Below are positions 60,100 through 64,000 of a DNA stretch of 64,000 bases, piece after piece. The notes beneath the pieces were generated by a model, which was not told where the DNA came from, did no database searches, and saw only the letters and a program-made list of their open reading frames with translations. Each line of letters begins with the position of its first letter. Position 1 is the stretch's first letter. The translations under genes were made by a program, and so were the position numbers. This DNA comes from Ascoidea asiatica JCM 7603. Taxonomy: Eukaryota; Fungi; Ascomycota. The stretch is taken from the NCBI GenBank assembly GCA_001600695.1, contig BCKQ01000012.1, forward strand, positions 457,312 to 521,311, in the 5' to 3' direction.

Positions 60100-61272
60100 A
60101 AAATTAAAGTAGCCCCATGGTCCCCTCACAAACCGTTGCTGCGGATATGGATTTACCCGTTGTTCTCTTTGAGATTTCGGAAAAAAAGTTTTGGTCACTT
60201 GTCGGAGTTACCATGATTTTCTTTGTAAAATCTGTTTTGGCTGGATTTTTTGACACTGCGTTGCTTATCATGGACGCCACCCACTGCACAAATCGGGTGT
60301 TTTCTTTTATTTAAAATTTCCTTTAATGATAAGAGTTATATTGTCACACCACATGCTCATTTTAGTGTAAAAAGTGAAAATAATATTGACACTAAAACTT
60401 GTTTAGGCGAATTAGAAAGGCTTAGTGCTCGAATTTTTCGTTCGCAGTATGTTATTACGAATACCGGTGCGGTGTAAAGAAAAGCGTTAAACATGTTTTG
60501 GCCTAGCAGTAAGTTTTACTTTTGTGGCTGGCATGTGGAAGAGTTCTGGCAAGGAAAAGTTCAAAGGTACCCGTCAGGTGGTTTAGTTAAACTCCTTGTT
60601 AAAGCAAAATGTGTGCAGAGACTTGGGAACATGCAATTGGATATGGAGGCTAATCACCGAAGCTAGTTGTATTGGGTTAGTTGCAATTGAAAATTATGTT
60701 AGGACTTAGGTAACATCTCTTCAATTTTGGTCTGTGGCGTATAGAAGATAAAGTAAATACCTTCTTCAAATATTGTCCACTTAACTTGCAGAAAGTACGC
60801 ACTCCCAGCTCAAAAGTGTTTTTTGATGGAGGTATTGTAACAACGGACTCCATTGAACTATCGGTTACAAAATTATAAAAAAAGCACCTGACCATTGATG
60901 AAAGAGAAAAGAAGGCTGCACATGATCAAAGTTACAAAGTAAATTATGGAACAAAAAAATGGCCCGACATTCAAGGGTTTTCGACGGTTTTTCAAAACAA
61001 AATGGGGCTGGAGATTATGCATGGTGAGGGTAACATGGAGCGGGAAGTGTCAGATAGGATTAGCCCAGCCACATTTTCTAATGAATGTAACGTTTTTCAG
61101 GCGTATGATCTACCCTAGAGACAGATATGTTTTGCAGATATTTTAAAAGGTTATGATTCCTTGAATTTTTCTCAAATTCGCAATATTTTCTGTAATTTAG
61201 TGGTGGAAGCCTATCAACTTTTGACCCGAGGATTATAAATGTTTCCGAGCATACTGTAAACATTGCGTTTAA
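60100..61272 (+). pseudogene. Mutator/MULE DDE transposase remnant
   Basis: Across frameshifts and stops: LIMDATHCTN (first D), PHAHFSVKSE, VITNTG (second D decayed), FWP..FYFCGWHV (CxxH), FWSVAYRR...LAESTHSQLK (E), and SWIM-like DYKCFRAYCKH at ~61230-61265. Confidence 0.85.
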
Positions 61273-61446
61273 TCGGGATATTATTGAGTACTGTTGACAG
61301 AGATGGTTTTTCGATTATTTCTGACCTCAGTAACTAAAGTAGTCAATTAGAGTAATCTTTAAAAAATTTCATTCTATTTTTACTAAAAAGTTACCTTCTT
61401 TTTTATTTTTTTGTTTACTTATTTTTTATTTCTTTATTATTTTTTT

Positions 61447-61646
61447 TGATACATATTTGTATCATTTTTATATCGGATAATGCTTCCGTGTATCACTTTT
61501 TTTTTTTTGATACACATTTGAACCAAATTTATATCGGATATTAATTCTGTGTTTCATTTATTATTTCCTGATACATATTGTTATCAATATCCTATCGGTT
61601 TACATTTCCTATCTCCTATTTACTCTCTTGATACAGTGTTGTATCA
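61447..61646. repeat. Four ~61-bp tandem units each with a TGATACA-N4-TGTATCA palindrome
   Basis: TGATAC at 61447, 61508, 61569 and 61629; TATCGG at 61471, 61532 and 61593. Confidence 0.8.
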
Positions 61647-61686
61647 TTTTTATTTTTATTCTTTTAAATTTTATTATTATTATCAA

Positions 61687-62691
61687 ATGAATTTCAAAAT
61701 GTCAATGAATGGAACTATGACATTACCAACTTCAGCGTTTGTTATTCAAGTATGGAAAGAAGTTCCTAAAATACTCAAATATTATTCCGAAAACTCAAAT
61801 TTACATTTTTTTCTTGATGAGACTTCAATTAAAAGCTTATCTCCTTCTATTCAAACCTTATTTCTTAATCTAGTTAACGCAAGCGGCAAACATTTCCCTA
61901 TCACTTTTTATTTTGTCAAGGCGGCATTATTAATTTCATATAAAGATAGTACCCTTTCATATATGGCAGAAAATCAAATTCTATTAAACTATTTAAATTA
62001 TATTCTTAGACTAAATCATTTTGATCCCTCTAAAATTGAAATTATTAAACCTAACAGTTTCAATTCGACTATTAATTTACCTTTGGATAGTCATGTTCAA
62101 TCAACAAAGTTTATTTTTATTTTACATTCAATTTTATTTCCAACCAATCAAAATCAATTAAATTATCAAAAAGAAATTTCCGGAATTATTTGTGATATCA
62201 TCCTACCACCACATAAATATCACTTACTTAATCAAACATACATTCAACTTATCATTGCGATCATCATCAAAAACTCAATAATCTTGAAACCGGAACAATG
62301 GAACTAGAAATTATTACTCAAAAATTTATTACGTCATCAAATTATAATATTGTCAAAAATGAACTTCCCGGAGAAATCAGATCCCTTAACCGTCTTACAG
62401 GCTTTAGATTATACAAAAATACAAATAATAAAATTTACTATAGGAAAGCCAAATCCGAAATAGGAAAAATTGTAATTGATTGTTCCAACAAATTACACTG
62501 ATAATGTTTTACACATTTTCCGTGTTGAATTCAATGGACAGGTTCTATCCAAAATTGAATTATGGAACAAAAATAAAGGTAAGTCTCATAATATTACCAA
62601 ACCAATGTTTGAAAAGATATTTTCTAAATTTCATTTAGTAATTGCCGCTTCATCAGACACTGATTCTCATGATCTTATTATGCTAAATTAA
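61687..62691 (+). pseudogene. Frameshifted orphan ORF (~330 codons) directly downstream of the 61-bp array
   Basis: First ATG at 61687; overlapping fragments to 62307, 62501 and 62691 imply two frameshifts; no recognised domain. Confidence 0.5.
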
Positions 62692-62719
62692 CTCGATTTT
62701 CTATTTTTTTTTACTTATT

Positions 62720-62795
62720 TTTTTATTTATTGCTATTTTTTACTATTTATTACTATTTATTACTATCTATTACTATTTATTACTATATACTACAT
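62720..62795. repeat. (TACTATTTAT)n decamer repeat
   Basis: About 5-6 units directly visible. Confidence 0.7.
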
Positions 62796-64000
62796 TGTTT
62801 TTTATATAAATAATCCCCAAATATATTCTTTTTATTTCAACTTTTATTTTATTTTTTTATCTTCACCAATTCTTTATTCTTAATAATTATTAATTTTTTT
62901 TAAAAGTCAAAAATCTGTAGTTGTATCTTTATTAGTATACAGTACAGCGAAACTCTAGAAAACTGCCATCAATTATTTTAAAATTTTCACAACGAGTTGG
63001 ACTACGCTCAATGTCAAGAGTTAAATTCAAGTACGCAAGATTTAATGAAAGAATTTTTGTGGCGATAGTGGTTTTATAGTTTTAATAAATATAGTCTCCT
63101 TGAACATTTTGGGAAAGTGATTGGCTGAAAGCTGATCACACCTCAATCATTAATTATGTTAGAATTTTGAACCCTTACTAATACAACCTTGAAGTCTAGC
63201 CTTTCTCGCGCAGGTTGAGGAGTTCCAAAAATTAGATTTTTGAATTTTTGTTGGTATCATCTTACACCACCTGTATATTGGATTCCTTTCTTACTATTGC
63301 ATTGGGCTGGTATGAAAGGCCGCTGTCGCGGTATCACAACGAACATGTTCACGCCAGAGGCAAAACAGTTGTTTGACAATAAAAAATAATCGAAATTACG
63401 TCTTATACCTGCCAAAATCGCCCACATGGTGGACCAATCGCGAGACCCTACGGATCAGGGGATTAACGACTAGCTATTGCACAAAGTAAGCTTCTTACTT
63501 GAAGTTTTGATATTTTTCTGAATGATGCTGTGACTCAATGTCCATTATGCTTTTTGGCAGATGCCATAGCTCACCTTTTTTCCCTGTAATGCTAGTTGTA
63601 TTCCAATCAAATTTCAAAAAAAGTTAATCAAAGAAATATACTTCATTCACAATTTGAATCAATTGATGATCCAACGTCAGTTGATGCAAATAATGTTTTA
63701 CTGCAATTTATGGAGTGGAACGTGTTAGAAAGCAACGTTGCTATCCTTTTTTGTTGGAAGTTTTGGCTCAGCCAATGGAAAGGCTTGTGCTTTTGTTTGA
63801 TTGCCACAATTGAATATTGTTAATATCAAAGGCAAATCCTCTTCTTTCTGAACAACAATTTTTACAACATATATGTTTCTATGAGGATTAATGCTTATAT
63901 CTATTATCTGTCTATTCCACTATTTTAAATGCTATCTATTTATTATAAATGATATATAAGGAGGCTGTTTTCCCCTATTCTTTTATTTGATTTTATTTTC

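Noticed and set aside
59098-61299. TGTCAACA / TGTTGACA as terminal inverted repeats of the MULE
   Set aside because: Only 8 bp, no TSD, and MULE TIRs are typically long.
61447-61646. CRISPR-like array
   Set aside because: Eukaryotic context, no cas genes, and the spacers are homologous to each other; treated as a tandem repeat.

Overview
Very AT-rich budding-yeast (Saccharomycotina) DNA with intronless genes and Asn-rich proteins. CTG codons are rare and several fall where Ser is expected, which suggests a CUG-reassigned yeast (Ascoidea-like is my guess, unverified). The window has three zones. (1) 1-~3.4 kb: the 5' part of a Ty3/gypsy-type retrotransposon on the minus strand. It has a single-frame Gag-CCHC-protease ORF running off the left edge (absent from the ORF track), a tRNA-Ile-like PBS and a tandem-repeat leader. 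(2) ~4.8-46 kb: a gene-dense block with a VelB-like velvet regulator, IZH3, RPC34, VRG4, OTU2, GLO1, two LRR proteins, tRNA-Pro and tRNA-Val, GPI wall proteins and a tandem adhesin pair (one broken). It also holds two divergent acetyl-CoA-synthetase paralogs around an AVT1-like transporter, and a secreted PL1 pectate lyase close to the filamentous-ascomycete PlyA/PelA type. (3) 46-64 kb: an 18-kb field with no recognisable host genes. It contains two inverted copies of an unusual TG..CA element with 4-bp CCGY target duplications (one copy carries an orphan ORF), a solo LTR, a decayed MULE transposase, a 61-bp array of palindromic sites and several decayed orphan ORFs. Best leads: the ACS paralog with a remodelled acyl pocket sharing a divergent promoter with the pectate lyase, the ORF-bearing CCGY-targeting element, and velvet retention in a yeast.
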